Positions 50,178 through 63,448 of a stretch of DNA of 64,000 nt are shown here, one piece after another; the first letter of the stretch is position 1; each line of letters opens with the position of its first letter. A program made the translations under genes and the position numbers. Origin of the DNA: Azolla caroliniana (Eukaryota; Plantae; Polypodiophyta); assembly GCA_043228905.1 (NCBI GenBank), contig JBHGNT010000014.1, positions 3,162,001 to 3,226,000 of the forward strand, read 5' to 3'. The notes below the pieces were generated by a model, which searched no databases, had not been told where the DNA came from, and was given only the letters and a program-made list of their open reading frames with translations.

Positions 50178-53100
50178 CCGCTACCCGCCGATAACGAAGA
50201 ATAGAGGAAAGAAGTCTCGGGAGATCCGACACTTTGAAAGTCCGTGGATATCGGACATGCCTTCACGGATGAGACCCAGAAAAACTTCGGATTGGTGGAG
50301 GTGGTTTCCTCTTACAAAAAGAAGAAGAACGGTTTCGTGAGATGTTGGAACAACATGGAAAAGCATTTGCGTTCACATCGAAGGAGGTAGGGTGTGTTGA
50401 TCCGAAGATAGTGGAGCCGATGGTGATCTTCACGATTGGTCATGTGCCGTGGAACTTGAAGCCAATTCCGGTGCCACGGGCACATATTCCAAAAGTCACC
50501 AACTTGCTGAAGGAGAAGGTGGCGATGGGGATTCTAGAGCCATCAAATGCTCCATACTCAAATCAATGGTTTACGGTTTCAAAGAAGAATGGGTCACTTC
50601 GGTTTATTCAAGACTTGCAACCAATGAACAAGGTCACGATCCGAAACTCCGAAGTCGATCTGATAGTGGACGAATTTGCGGAAGCATTTGCCGGATGCGC
50701 GATATACTCCATGGAAACCTATACTCCGGGTATGACCAATTCCAACTAACCGTGGAGAGCCGAGACATCACTACCATGCGAACACCGATAGGATTAGTGT
50801 GTATGTGCACACTACCACAAGGTGCAACGAACTCGGTCGCACATATGATGAATGCAATGAACAAGGTGGTTCAAAACTGCATTCCCGAGATAACAATGTC
50901 GTTCCTAAATGACATTCCGATGAAAGGATGCACGGTGGAAGAAAAAGATGGGACTATGGATGATCGAGGATGCTGACAGTTCATAGTAACGGTTGACACA
51001 AGTCCAACCGGAATTGGATGGGTCATAAATCAAGCTGACTCGGATGGTTCACGATATCCGATCTGATTCGGAGCAAAGGTTCTCAATAAAAGGCAACGTA
51101 GGTATGCACAAGTCAAAAGAGAATTATCGGGAGTCATGTTGTCAATCAAATCGGATCGAGATTATTTGATCGGAGCCGAAGTAGTGATCGAAACGGATTA
51201 TCTTCCGATACTCGAGATGATGCGGTGTTGTACTATACCGGATGTGGCTATGCTAAGGTGGATTGCATATGTTAAGTCACTTAATCCGGAGGTACGAGAC
51301 ATTTTCAAAAAAGACAACGCGGTAACAGATATGCTATCAAGGGCGCGGTTCGGAGACAACATAACCGAATCTGATAATGAAGAAGTTTCTGAAGACTACT
51401 TTGCTTCGGAGCACATATGCTGGGTGAACGTAATCCGAGAATTCCCGGAAGAAGAATATGAGGGAGAAAGCTTGTTGACCGGGAAAGTGCTACAAGAAAT
51501 CGAGGAATCATCGGACAATAAAGAGAAGAGAGCTGAGATCCGATGTAGAAGCGGCAAGTCCGAAAGTTCTTCTTGAAAAATGGATTAATATGGAGGGAGC
51601 CGAAAAGACCAGATGGCATACCACTTCGAGTAGTCGGGACAAAAGAGCAACAAAACTAGATAATGTCCGAATTCCACAAATCCGATTGGGCTGGACATCG
51701 GGGAACATGGGCAACATTTGTGAAGATCAAGCAAAGATATTGGTAGAAGAATATGTATAAAGATGTCGCGGAGTTCATGGAAAGCTACGAGAAATGCCAA
51801 GTGAACTCCGGGGTTCAACACCGAGATGAGTTACATCCGACATTCTCACCGACAATCAACTTCAAATGGATGGTCAACATTGTAGCCATGCCAACTGGGA
51901 TCAGACAAAAGAAGTACCTGGTGTTAGCTCAAGAAGATCTCACAAACCAATTAGAAGGTCGAGCACTACGGAGGAAAACATGTTCTACGGTATGCCAATT
52001 TCTTTTGGAAAAAGTGTTTTGCAAATACGGGCGTGTAGGACAAGTGATTGTGGATCGGGGAGAACTCGACTCTAATAAAGCTAGGGAATTCTTCACCAAA
52101 CATGGAGTTCGGTTAACACTAACAATGACATACAATCCGGAAGCCAACGGGAAGATCGAATGAGGACATAGTCCAATCGTCAAAGCAGTTGCAAAAGCAT
52201 GCGACGGAAGGGTGAAGGATTGGCCACAGATTCTCCCGTATGCACTATGGGCGGATTGTACAACGCATAGTTCCATGACCGGTTTTATGCCAACCGAACT
52301 CATGACCGGACAAACACTGGTAATGCCGACGGAAACCGCAATTGCGACATGGACAGTGCTGTCGTGGAAGGAAGAGATGAGCTGGGAAGAACTACTAATG
52401 GTCTGGATATGACAACTGGAGGGAAGACTGGAAGACATAGCGGAAGCAACACGCCAACAAAAGGAAGCGTGATTCCGGAACAAAAGCTGATTCAACACAA
52501 AGCATCGACTATGACCACGAAAGATTGAAGAAGGAGATTGGGTGATTGTCTATGACAGTAGTCTGGATCATGAACATACAACGATACAAAAGTTCGTGAA
52601 AAGGTGGTTCGGGCCATACAAGTTTCGGAAAGTTTTCGACAACAGAACTTACCGACTATGCGAGTTGGATGGAACAATACTACGAGTGCCTATAGCGGGG
52701 AAACAGGTGAAGATTTTCAAGAGGCGGACTGATGAAGAACCCTATGTAACCCTAGACAAGACTGACATCGAGGAGCAACCGTACAAAGATCGCGGTGATA
52801 CGGAAAGCGAAGAAAGTGGACTACAACTCGTAGTCGACATAAGGGGAGAATCAGATATTGCTACGGATGAAGACGAATAACATGCATCGGGAACTTCGGC
52901 ACATACCGAACGATGTGCGGGTTCGGAGGGGGCGAGTGTCGTAGTGTAGTCCGCACACTACGTGAAAAATGTAAAAATAATATATCCGATTTAAGTACAT
53001 ATATATAAATAAAAGAAAATATTAAATTATTTATTAAAAGGTAAATCATGCATTTTTAGAGTGCGTGAATATTTTATTTACAAGAAATTTATAAACCAAT

Positions 53101-53719
53101 AAAAAAATACTCGTGCACATCTAGCATGCATGAGCACTATATTTAGGAAATAAAAGCATAGTGGAAAAAGCAACTCGCGCGCATTTAGTGTGCATGAACA
53201 CTTTAGAAAAAGAAGGAAGCTATGCTTAGTCTCTCCCATCCTTATATAAGGACGAGAGAAAGATGTATATGGGGGTTGATTATTTTGTAAGGATTGATCA
53301 ATATAATATATTAATGGGATTCACGAAATAAACTATACTTGTGGGATTCACGAGGTTTCTATATCTCTCTCTTTCAATCCAAGTTCATATTCCTATCTTT
53401 ATATTGATTAATCTAATACAATACACTGGTGGGATTCACGAATTCCTATCTCTCTTTCTTAAATTCTATTCATAACTATACTTGTCTCAAATTTTTCCTC
53501 CTCCTAGTCCAAAACCCCAACAGTTCCCACCCGACTCATGCAACGATCCGCCACGAAAAGGCACAACAACGTATACTCTATGTATTAAGCTTCTCCATTA
53601 AACCTTCATCTTATTCTCTGTTGCTATCCGGCTGAGCTGGTTCTGTCTTTAACGCTTCCGCACCTTAACATTGAGATTATATAGACTCATGTCTATGAAA
53701 CATCATATCTATGTGGTTG

Positions 53720-54664
53720 TTTTTAAATGCATGACTTCTTAAGTCGATGCATCTATTTTTTCTGGTTTGTCTATATCACATTGTACTGGCAACCACAGAT
53801 CCTTGCATAATAGCATATCCCTCATTTTGGACTTCCATACTGAATAGTTGGGTCTAGTCAACTTAAGCATCCCACCAAGAGATTCATCCATATTCCAATC
53901 TTGCAGAAGTATGAACCTCAACTCTAATACCACTTGTTAGGACTTCTTGGATGAATCAGGATTAGCTTAGACTACCAACTCAGTTAACAATAGATGCAAC
54001 CAAAAATAGAAATCGGAGTACATCGGATTTTACGTGGAAAACCCAAATCAGGAAAAATATCGAAACCCTTAGGGTTCCAAACAATTTCACTATGCTCTGA
54101 GTACAACCAAGTACAATCTCTCTAGTTTTCACTAAAGGAATACATAAGCCTCAAGGCAACAACCTTAGTAACAATCTTCACCCGACTGGGTGGAAAGAAC
54201 AATAGAAAACAGTAAACAAAAAAACGTAGAACAATGTAACCTGATACAAATGGACAAGAATGTTGTTGCACCGTCGTGGGTTCTTGGAGGTAAGAACAAC
54301 TCCCCACAGATCTTTGTCTCCTTATTTGCAAGATGTTTTTGCTCTTGCTCTCACACTTTGTCTCTTCGTTTGCTATTTTTCTGCTCTCTTCTCTATCACA
54401 TGCTCTTCTTCTGTGTTTGCTCTCTCAATCACACGTTCTCTCTGTGTCTTCACTCTTATAGTTGCCTTATTGTGCAACATCTATATCTTTGTATCTACAC
54501 ACACACAAATAAATATAATGATTACTTTCGGCTCTTGGCCGATTCTCAAACCACTTTGAATTGGCTCTCGGTCGGCTCTTGACACGCAACCCTCAGCCGA
54601 CTTTCGGCCTTGAGTCGGCCAAGAGTTGTGGGTTCCACTTGAGTGGAAAGACCCCACACCTACA
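53720..54664 (-). mobile_element. Copia 5' fragment: LTR ~54664-53935, PBS, gag start
   Basis: PBS-like TGGTATTAGAG; MDESLGGMLKLTRPNYSVWKSKMRDML, homologous to the gag at 62783. Confidence 0.75.
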
Positions 54665-55099
54665 TCACCACCAATCTCTTTACATCTGACCTCACCAATG
54701 TCAAATATTCAAGCCTCAACAAAAACCTGGGCGACACAATCACCTACCAAGCAATCACTATTGCCATCGTCATGGGAGTCACCACTTCATCCAGAAGCTT
54801 CACCAACATCATCAAGTAAAATATTTGACATGCAACAGCTTACCAAGCAACTAGGTTCAGCTCCATGAACCAAATCTGCTTGATCACCATTGCCCTCTGG
54901 CTTCGTCACTTCTACGAGTTCGCCTTCGTCACCCTATGAAGCCACTTCTACCCTAGATAAACACTTCACCCACATTTGACACTTCCAAAATAGGCACTCC
55001 TATTGTACTTCTGACATAGACACTACATCTCCTAGATGCCTTAGAAGACTTCCTTAGAGTTTTCTTCTATCTACAAAAAGCTAGACGAATTAGAGTGAC

Positions 55100-55350
55100 A
55101 TTGCAGTGACCTTAACTCTAGCAACGCTAAAAATTCTAGATAAAATTTATCTTGAAGAGCTTACCACTATAGAAGAGGCTCTACAAAGCTCAAATGCAAA
55201 AAATTGGATTACCATCATGGTAAATGAAATGCACTCTCTCACAAAAAATGAAACATGGCATTTAGTAGGAAAAACCCCCAAATCACAAGATTGTTACTTG
55301 CAAATGGGTTCGGAGAATTACACAAGACTCATATGGCTACCCAATCCAAT
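55100..55350 (+). mobile_element. Copia RT N-terminal remnant
   Basis: EELTTIEEALQS..WITIMVNEMHSLTKNETWHLV. Confidence 0.65.
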
Positions 55351-55399
55351 TTAAAACGAAACTCATACACCAAACATATAAGAAATCTCTTCCTAACCA

Positions 55400-56000
55400 T
55401 TTCGTGGTAGCTTCACTTTTGAAAATTGTATATTCATCACACAATTTATCATTATCAATTATGGGAGAAAATACTTTTGCCATCTATCAGTTTTTTAACA
55501 CCATAAAAATTTCCAAGTGCTTTCTACTCATTAAGTGTCATAGCCTTTCGTGCTAAAATACTTGTAGATCGGGTAGATATATTCATCGATGATAACATTT
55601 TCAATGTGCAAAGAGTAGCCTTGTTTTTTATAGTCTCTATAATACCTTAGAAAATAAAGTTTGGAAATGTATGGCTTCAGTTAAGTCCTAACCATCAATA
55701 TGTCTATCTATGATGATGCTTCTATACATATCACCTTTTGTTGCATCTCGTAAAATGGAAAGCATTCCTTTTTCTCTACCATATTCTGGAATTGCTGGAT
55801 AGTTATTACTATCCTTCTCAAAACCATTAAGATCCATAATAACATGATGCAAAAACTGTTCTTCTATATCCTTAATGGTTATCTGCCGAACCTCCAATGC
55901 ATGTCATATCCACATAATCTTTCAGGAATTCCATACTCAATGTAGACATAATCTTAACTGTATCTCCAAGGAAATGGGGTATATACACTACGATCCTTAC
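55400..56000 (-). pseudogene. Degenerate coding remnant, possibly hAT transposase
   Basis: Broken frames including NFYGVKKLIDGK..FSPIIDNDKLCDEYTIFK; resemblance to hAT transposases from memory only. Confidence 0.3.
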
Positions 56001-56230
56001 GGTTTTTTAAACTTTGAAATATATTATATGAGTCTTTATTAATGGTTCGTACACATCTTATACACTCATAATAGCACCATGCCGACTAAGTCATGGCACA
56101 GTTCTAGCTATACTTCCCATTCATGCCATACTCATGCATGAGTATTATTATCATACTCATACGTGAAATGACTCCAAGTATGATTGAAATCAATACACGA
56201 CACATATATACATATGTACGGTGTACATAT

Positions 56231-56263
<33 letters not shown>

Positions 56264-56403
56264 CGAGACGAGACGAATTGCTAGTTGTTTGTCTACTTTC
56301 TTTGCGTGCATCACTTAGAGAGGAGCTCCTCAACTATCCATTACACAGAGTGGAGAGAAGAGATGTAAATAATCGGATATGATTCTGTGCAGCGGAAGGT
56401 GTG

Positions 56404-56453
<50 letters not shown>

Positions 56454-56476
56454 AGAGAGGGAGGGAGGGAGAGAGA
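56231..56476. repeat. (GT)n/(GA)n microsatellite cluster
   Basis: Directly visible runs. Confidence 0.85.
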
Positions 56477-57039
56477 GTTATACAGAAATTTAAACCAAAA
56501 AATTGTATTAACAAGAGAATAAGATCACCCACACTTACAAAGAGGAGGAGAAGGTGCTTATGTAGTCACCTTCTCTCTATGTTCTCTCACTACAACTACC
56601 ACTCGGAAATGAGGCGGAGACTTAACTACTTACTAAATATGTGTCATATAACTTAACGTTCTATGACACACTAATTATTGTTGCCCATAGGAGTGTACGG
56701 GGCGGTGTAAGGGTCAAACGTGATAAATGGGTTGTGGTATATGTGTAAATGTACACGAGTGTGAGTGAGGAAAAATATGTGTATGAACACATGCACAATT
56801 ATGTGCATGTGTGTAACGGTCATATTATGTAACTGTTACATTTGATGTACTATATAAACCCCCTATAGGGCATGTAATGAAAGATAGAACTTTCTCTCTC
56901 ATTTTGTGTTATTTCTTTGTTTCTCTCTTCCTCTCTCTCTCCCTAAATCTTCCAACAACATTTTCTTACAAAGTTTCTACAAGTTAAGACACAAATTCCC
57001 TACACCCTCCTCCTTGAGTCGGGATCGCTTCCCATTGAG

Positions 57040-57382
57040 ATCATGGCCATGGAAAGGGTTGTTGAATACATGCTTAAGGTTCAAAAAAGCCCCTCACATT
57101 GACTTCCTAGAATTGAATGGGAAGCAAGCAAAAAGATCCAAAAGACGCATAAAAGCAAAATTGTGTTCCAGTTGGATGCAAGATTTAGAAAAATGTTTTG
57201 GTAGATGGGATGCAAGACACTTGCTTCATGATGCGTCACTAGATTCCTCTGTCAATGAGGCATTTTTGCAACGCCAATGTATCATGACATGGGACAAATG
57301 TGGTGGCTCACGTTTCACACATTATACTACAAATGTTGCACCTAACTACAAAATCATATTCTTCGCAGAATGGGGAAGCCGT
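57040..57382 (+). mobile_element. Possible LINE ORF2 C-terminal remnant
   Basis: LPRIEWEASKKIQKTHKSK / SSWMQDLEKCFGRW resembles the post-RT region of non-LTR elements; weak. Confidence 0.3.
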
Positions 57383-60300
57383 TGTCGTGAAGAAAACCGT
57401 CCCCAGGCGCAAACCGTGTATAGCGTGTGTGAACCGGCCCTTACACGTGGGCACACCCCTTGTTGTATAGTAGACAAGTAGGCACAAAGGTCGAATCCTA
57501 GGTAGCAATATTCTATAGGGAGAATCGAGGAGTATCTCCGTCCGAAAGGACAGAGAATTAATGTGATGTAAACGGGTCAACGGCCTCCCTCCTTGAGATA
57601 TAAAAGAGAGGGAGACGGGGAGAGAGGGTATCGCGCGCTAGAGGGGACGAAGTGCTATCGGACTGGGACCGAGCTCTTCTTCTCTGTCGTTCTCCGTAGC
57701 TTTCTTTTGCGCAGGTTCTTGAGAGGTTGATTTTGCTCCGTGGAATGCCCGTGTGCTTCCGGCAGAATCTCCATCTTGCTCCCCTGCGCGCGTGGGTGAT
57801 AAGGCGTCGGTATCCATCTAGCCGACCTGATCGGCTGTAACCGTTCGCGTCGTCTGCATACATATATTTATATACATACACTGGTGTTCTTATACTCTAT
57901 TCCCCGTTCAACTCGTTTCTCCTGTGTTGTTGGGCCGCGTTCCTGTGCGCTTCTTTGTTGAGCGTGTCTCTCTCTCTCTCTCCCTTTTCTCACCTATTCC
58001 TCGGTCCAAGACCCAGTGGTCCCGCCTTGTTCTCCACGCACGCGCGTAACAATGCGACATTATTTGGTGAACCCGGCGTGAAAAGGCGGCAGAGGAGTAG
58101 AAGATGAGAGGGTCGGACCTCGCAGAAGCCATGGCTTCGGTTGTGGACCGTATAGTGAGTGCGCGCGAAGGCACCGGCGCCCTTGACAGGGCTATCGAGG
58201 CGGTTGTCGGTACGATCGGCCTGTTTAGTGGGAAGGATGCCACGAGCTACTTGGCGTCCTACCGGGCTGAGATGGTAATGAGGGACATTCCGGAAGAGAG
58301 GCGTCTAGCCGGATTCCCTTGAGTGGCGATGCCGGGCATCCATACAGAGGTTCTCGAGGTACGGGCCGAGAGCCGGACCTGGGAGGAGTTCGAAGGTCGC
58401 CTCCTCGAAAAATACGGACTTGAAGACGCGCTTCGACTTTCGAAGCGGGACTTCATGGACTGGGTGGAGTCCCCCGACAAAGGGAGGAACGCGTCGGTGC
58501 TCCTCCGGGAGTTTGAGGAACGCTTCGTGCGCCTCTCGGTGCTTGACCGAACCATTCTAGACACAAGTCGTGTCCTATTGTTTGTTAAGTCAGTTGACGA
58601 GCGGGATCAGGAGCAAGTAGGCCTCCTATTGGAGACTGATGACGGGCTGACGGCCAACTGGGCCGTGGTGAAGAGGGTTTGTGGCCGTTTTGACAAACGG
58701 CGGGAATGGGTTGACAAAGGATCGACAAGGGCGGGCTCGATCGTAGCAAGGAAGCTCGAGCCAACACCACCAATGCACAGGGAAGAGACCCGAGATTGGC
58801 TCAAAACCGGATCGGCTTCGACCGGCATGGTCAAGGGCTCGTCTGGGGGAGCAGCTCTGGAGGAACTCACGCGGATGGTAAAGGATCTCCAGATCGCCCA
58901 GGCACGGAGGCATAGTGGCGAACAAGCCCGTGACCGACCACCTCAGGCTGGAAACAGGTGCATGTGGTATGACGTGGTTGGCCACATCCGGAAGGACTGC
59001 GGGGACTTCGCCGAGGCGATGAGAAGTAACGTGGTGTACCTATGGAATAGTCGGGTACACGCCAACGAGACCCGAAGAGCCCTGGACCTGAACGTCAGGC
59101 GAGGAGGTATGAAAAGGCTGATGGAGGAGGCGGCGGCTCGTCACACGGAGACCGTCCACTACTCGGCGTTAGCTGGTATTCGGGTCGGAGGTGGCGAGGC
59201 CCCGAAGACGAACAAAGCCGGGTTCTGGCCGACGATGCTAGAAGGCCTCGCCGGCGCACGACTAAGGAAAGAAGAGGCGGACTGCACGGAGAAACGGGTC
59301 CGGGAGGTAACTGGGTGGAGTGACCCGGTGGAAGAAAAGATGGGCTTCGTCGAAGCCGCTTGTCAAAACTACGAGGCTCTAGTGGAGGACAAGCGGGTAG
59401 GGAAAACCGGAGGGGCCGGGCCCTCGCAACGATATGAAACTCGATTCGGGCAAAGGCGGAATGAGGCCGGTGTAACCGGTGCCCAAGATAATCCCAAGAA
59501 GGGTGGGTACCGGTTGGGCACAAAAATCGAAAGATCCACGGACCTGTGAAAGGTCCTGGAAGGGCGAATCCTCGACAGCAAGGTGGAATTATCGCTGAGG
59601 GAAGTGCTCGTGATCGCCAAGAAGGAGTTCCACGACTCCATCGTAGACTTGGTGAAGAGGAAGAGGCTGTCGACGGAGACAGAACCAGAGAAGCCGGTGG
59701 AGGTGCGGACGACGCACATAGAGGACATGGCGTTGGAAGACGAGTTGGCGAAGAGCCACTATTGGAGGCCGCACTGGGCCAGAGCGACCACGGAGACCCC
59801 CGTGAAGATCGGAGATGTTCATGAACCGGTGGTGGCGTTGGTGGACCACGGTTCAGAAATCAATTTGATGTCCATGGACTTCTATAAGAAGGGGAAATGG
59901 CCAATCAACACCAAGCACGGGTGGAAAATACGGGCAACGACGCGTGCCACCAAAGAACTGCATGGAGCCTGCTCGAATGTACGAGTAAAGATCGGCGATG
60001 TGGAGATTGACCAACACTTCTTCGTGCAGGAGACGTCGTCACATCCGGTTATACTAGGAGAACCGTACATCACGGCAGCACGGATGGAGACCAAGGTGCT
60101 GGAAAACGGCTCAGCCTATGCAAGGGTCAAGAGCCAGAATGGGCGTCACTTGGTCCAGTTCCTGACAGTGAGACCGAACCATGAGCGGAACCGCGAGACC
60201 CTCGGGGGCGAAAGCCGAGAGGATTTTTAGAGAGGGCTATCAAGGTGTGGGGCCGCGATAGTCCGGACACTCCGGGAAACCCCCACAAGTGTACGATAGC

Positions 60301-61198
60301 GAAGAAGACCTGTACTGTAAGTAGGAAATTTTGGTTCTCCGACAACGGAGGGTGTACGATAGTCGACATCGTTGGCCGGAAGAAGAAAAGGGCGGAGGAG
60401 CGACTTTGGGCATGTGGTATCCTCGGCCCTGGAGAGGAAATCAACGGAGCCGTGGAGGCGGTCTCTTTCGATGATACCTTGGGGGAGCTGCGAGAGGTAG
60501 TCGGAGGAGTCCTTAAAGAGGACCAGACGATTCTTGTATGTTCGGAAAGGATGTACGAAGTCATCGCGGACTTCAGTAGAGGGCTCGAGTCAGATCGGAC
60601 GGCCCGGGTGGACACGAGGTACAAGACTGTGGACCAGAAGGTGAGGCCAGTCACGGCTCCCTTGCTGGAGGGCAGTGAGTTGCGAATAAAGGGGGTTGCG
60701 TCGGACCCGAGTTTACGAAATCTGGCCTGCATAGGACACACGTTCACCGACATAATGCTACGTGAGCTCAAAATCGGTGGGGGCAACTTCCTACTGCTGG
60801 CGGAAGAGGACCGTTTTTGGGGAATGCTTGGAAGGCACGAGAAGGCTTTCGCATTCTCACCGGAGGAGATCAGGTGCGTAGACCCGACAATCGTGGAACC
60901 GATGGTGATATTCACAGTACCGCATGTGCCGTGGAGTCTCAAACCGATTCCAGTACCCAGAGCTCACATCCTGAAGCTGATGGAGCTGTTAAAGCAGAAG
61001 GTCGAGATGGGCATCCTCGAACCGTCGAGTGCCCCATACTCGAATCGGTGGTTTATTGTGCCGAAGAAGGACGGCACGCTGCCCTTTATTCAAGACCTGC
61101 AGCCGGTCAACAAGGTGACCATTCGAAACGCAGGAATCGGACCGACAATAGACGAGTTCACGGAGGCCTTCTCCGGAAGATCGATTTACTCGGTCAGT
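57383..61198 (+). mobile_element. Second non-chromovirus Gypsy family (Trp PBS): LTR 57383-58059, gag-PR, RT start; truncated
   Basis: TGTCGTG...GCGACA LTR; PBS 58065-58082; gag from 58104; LVDHGSEIN; EPSSAPYSNRWF..FIQDLQPVNKV. Confidence 0.88.
60221..60287 (+). promoter_or_regulatory. Predicted -1 ribosomal frameshift signal (GGATTTT + pseudoknot)
   Basis: Heptamer 60221-60227; 6-nt spacer; stems GGGCTATC/GATAGTCC and TGTGGGG/CCCCACA. ORF 60245-61201 is in the -1 frame and open from the heptamer. Confidence 0.75.
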
Positions 61199-61488
61199 TA
61201 GAAAACCCTAACCGAAGATGAATAACGAAACCCTAAACGAAACCCCTAACCCTAAAACGGTAAGAACTCTAGACTAAGTGATATACCTCTCATACGCAAA
61301 ATAGGCAACCCTTCATAAGTGACCCCTCCCTTCCTTTTATAGCCCAAGGAGGGAGGGACCTTACAATGTGGGATGAAATTTCCCCTCTTATTTCTATACA
61401 CCATTTCCTAGTATACGTGTGCACATGTTGCACACCACCGGCTTGCCCTTTCTACCCCGGTTTCCGCCTATGGACGAAAATCTTCACA
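61199..61488 (-). mobile_element. Partial LTR-like segment
   Basis: Starts TGTGAAG on the minus strand, contains TATAAAAG, and cuts off a pol frame abruptly. Confidence 0.45.
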
Positions 61489-61969
61489 ACACCGTGCTAT
61501 CTGCTACCGTTTCTGTTGTTACTTTAAACATCTCGGCATCCAGAAACCCTATCAGGACTCCATCACCGATCTCATCTGAGTCTAACCGGCTCAGATAATC
61601 GGCAACTGCATGCTGTATTCCCCACCGGTGATATATTTCGAACGCAAACTCTTGTAGCAACAATGTCCATCGGGCCAGCTTACTAGTGAGCGATGCCTTT
61701 GAGACCAAATATAATAGCGTTGAGTGGTCGACATGAAATGAAAATTTCCTTCCCAATAAATAGTGCCTGAACTTGGTAACACTGTAAATTATCCCTAAGC
61801 CTTCTCTTTCCGTTGTTGAATAATTTAGTTCCGGCTAGCATAATAAACCGGTCGGTACCATTTTGGTTCAGTCAGTTGCATTAATGCACTGCCGATTGCT
61901 ATGTAGGACGCATCGACGAACACGTGGAACTCTTTTGACCAGTCCGGTGTTTGCACCACCGGCGCTTGT
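61489..61969 (-). mobile_element. Gypsy RNase H fragment
   Basis: FHVFVDASYIAIGSALMQ..PVYYASR, VDHSTLLYL, ARWTLLLQEF, HAVADYLSR. Confidence 0.85.
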
Positions 61970-63448
61970 TGTTGGGAGATAGGTCCCTCCGGATGGGAAG
62001 GGAAAAGAACAGTGCCGACGAACAAACTCAGCGGAGGCCGATAGGCCGAGGCCGAAACGGTATGAGGAGTACCCAGCTACGGAGAGCCGGATGATACAGA
62101 CCCGGTGTGAACCGGATGAGGAGTACCCGGCTACGGAGAGCCGGATGGTGCAGGCCCGGTATGAACCGGATGAGGAGTACCCGGCTACGGAGAGCCGGAT
62201 GGTGCAGGCCTGGTATGAACCGGATGAGGAGTACTCGGCTACGGAGAGCTAGATGGTGCAGGCCCGTTATGAACCGGAGGAAGAGACATATTCGTAAATA
62301 TGTTTCTGAGAGCCCATTGTGGCTATATTTGTAAATAGCCGAAAAGTCATATTAGTATAAATATGACTTAGGGCAAACTAATAATAATGTTGTTGTCATT
62401 CTTCCTTGTTGGGGTAAGCAGAAGAGAGAGTGCGTAACTGTATAGAGAGAGAGAGAGAGACGAGGTCGTTGCCTCTGTTGTAACCGCCGCCTGTGGCGAA
62501 GATTTGTGAGCATGAGGTCGGTGCCTCAGTGAACTCATTGTTTTGTACATTCATACATAGTGACAGTTTGTAGCCTGTGGGCTGCCGTGGTTTTTCCCCT
62601 AGCTTGGGGTTTTCCACGTAAACCTCCTGTGTACCTCTTCTCTCCTTTTTTTCTGTGTCGCGTGTTTTTTTATTGTTTCCTGTTTTTCTATGTAAGTAAA
62701 GACGCTCGGTTGTGGCCGAGCGTTGGACATAAGGAACGTTGGGTTCCCGTCAAGTGGTATCAGAGCGAAATCGACACAGAAAATGGACGAATCGTTTGGC
62801 GGCATGTTCAAGCTCACCGGCTCCAACTATTCAGTGTGGAAGTCGAAGATGAGGGACATGCTCGTTGTTAAAGACCTCTGGCTGCCGGTTCAGTTCGGGG
62901 ACAAGAGACCGGACAAAATCGACGCCGCGATATGGGAGGTGATGCACATGAAGACAATGGCGTACATACGGTGCTTCATCGACATGAGCCTGTACAACAA
63001 CTTCAATGAAGAGAGCAAGGCTCATGAGCTCTGGGAGAAGATCGGCATAATGTTTCAAAACAAAAATGCTGTTAATAAGGTTTCGGTATTCCGGAAGCTA
63101 GTAAGACTCCGGTACCAAGATGGCTCCAGCATGGCGGAGCATATGAATGCCTTCCAAGGGCTGATACACCAGGCAACGTCATTGGAAGTACCCCTTGCCG
63201 ATGAGGTATTAGCGTTACTCCTGCTCGGTTCCCTCCCAGATAGCTGTGAGACGTTGGTTGTCACTTTGGGCAACACCGGGCCGGAAGGAAAACGGTTATC
63301 CCTAGCAAGAGTAAAGTCGAGCTTGCTAGATGAGGAGCATCAGAAGGATAAAGATACGAGCTCCGACTCCAAAGCGCTCCTTACCGAATCGGAACGCGGA
63401 AGACATAGAAACCGTAGTCCCCAGAACCGGGAGAAGTCGGGGACACGG
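61970..63448 (+). mobile_element. Copia 5' part: LTR 61970-62752, Met PBS 62755-62766, gag from 62783
   Basis: TG...CA LTR; TGGTATCAGAGC; KLTGSNYSVWKSKM..LLLGSLPDS. Confidence 0.88.
62060..62280. repeat. 54-bp tandem repeat (~4 copies) in the LTR U3
   Basis: GAACCGGATGAGGAGTACCCGGCTACGGAGAGCCGGATGGTGCAGGCCCGGTAT repeated. Confidence 0.9.

Larger units (their letters stand above)
42789..53568 (+). mobile_element. Non-chromovirus Gypsy element (tRNA-Trp PBS), decayed, with nested insertions
   Basis: LTRs 42789-43524 and 52937-53568; PBS 43529-43546; gag CIWCDSTEH; protease LIDHGSEIN; RT LRFIQDLQP, LPQGATNS, FLNDIP; INT DRGE..YNPEANGKIE; WFGPY; decayed TSD GCAT/ACGT. Confidence 0.9.
33063..53676 (+). 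mobile_element. Copia element of the same family, internally deleted; 3' LTR split into 35489-35596, 42594-42788 and 53573-~53676
   Basis: LTR tail plus PBS at 33081-33092; gag joined to RT near 33572; RT/RH motifs; PPT TTGAGGGGGAG. The three LTR pieces align with LTR 32556-33062. Confidence 0.8.

Noticed and set aside
56679-56960. Possible solo LTR (TGTTG...CAACA with TATA box)
   Set aside because: No TSD, PBS or second copy in the window to support it.
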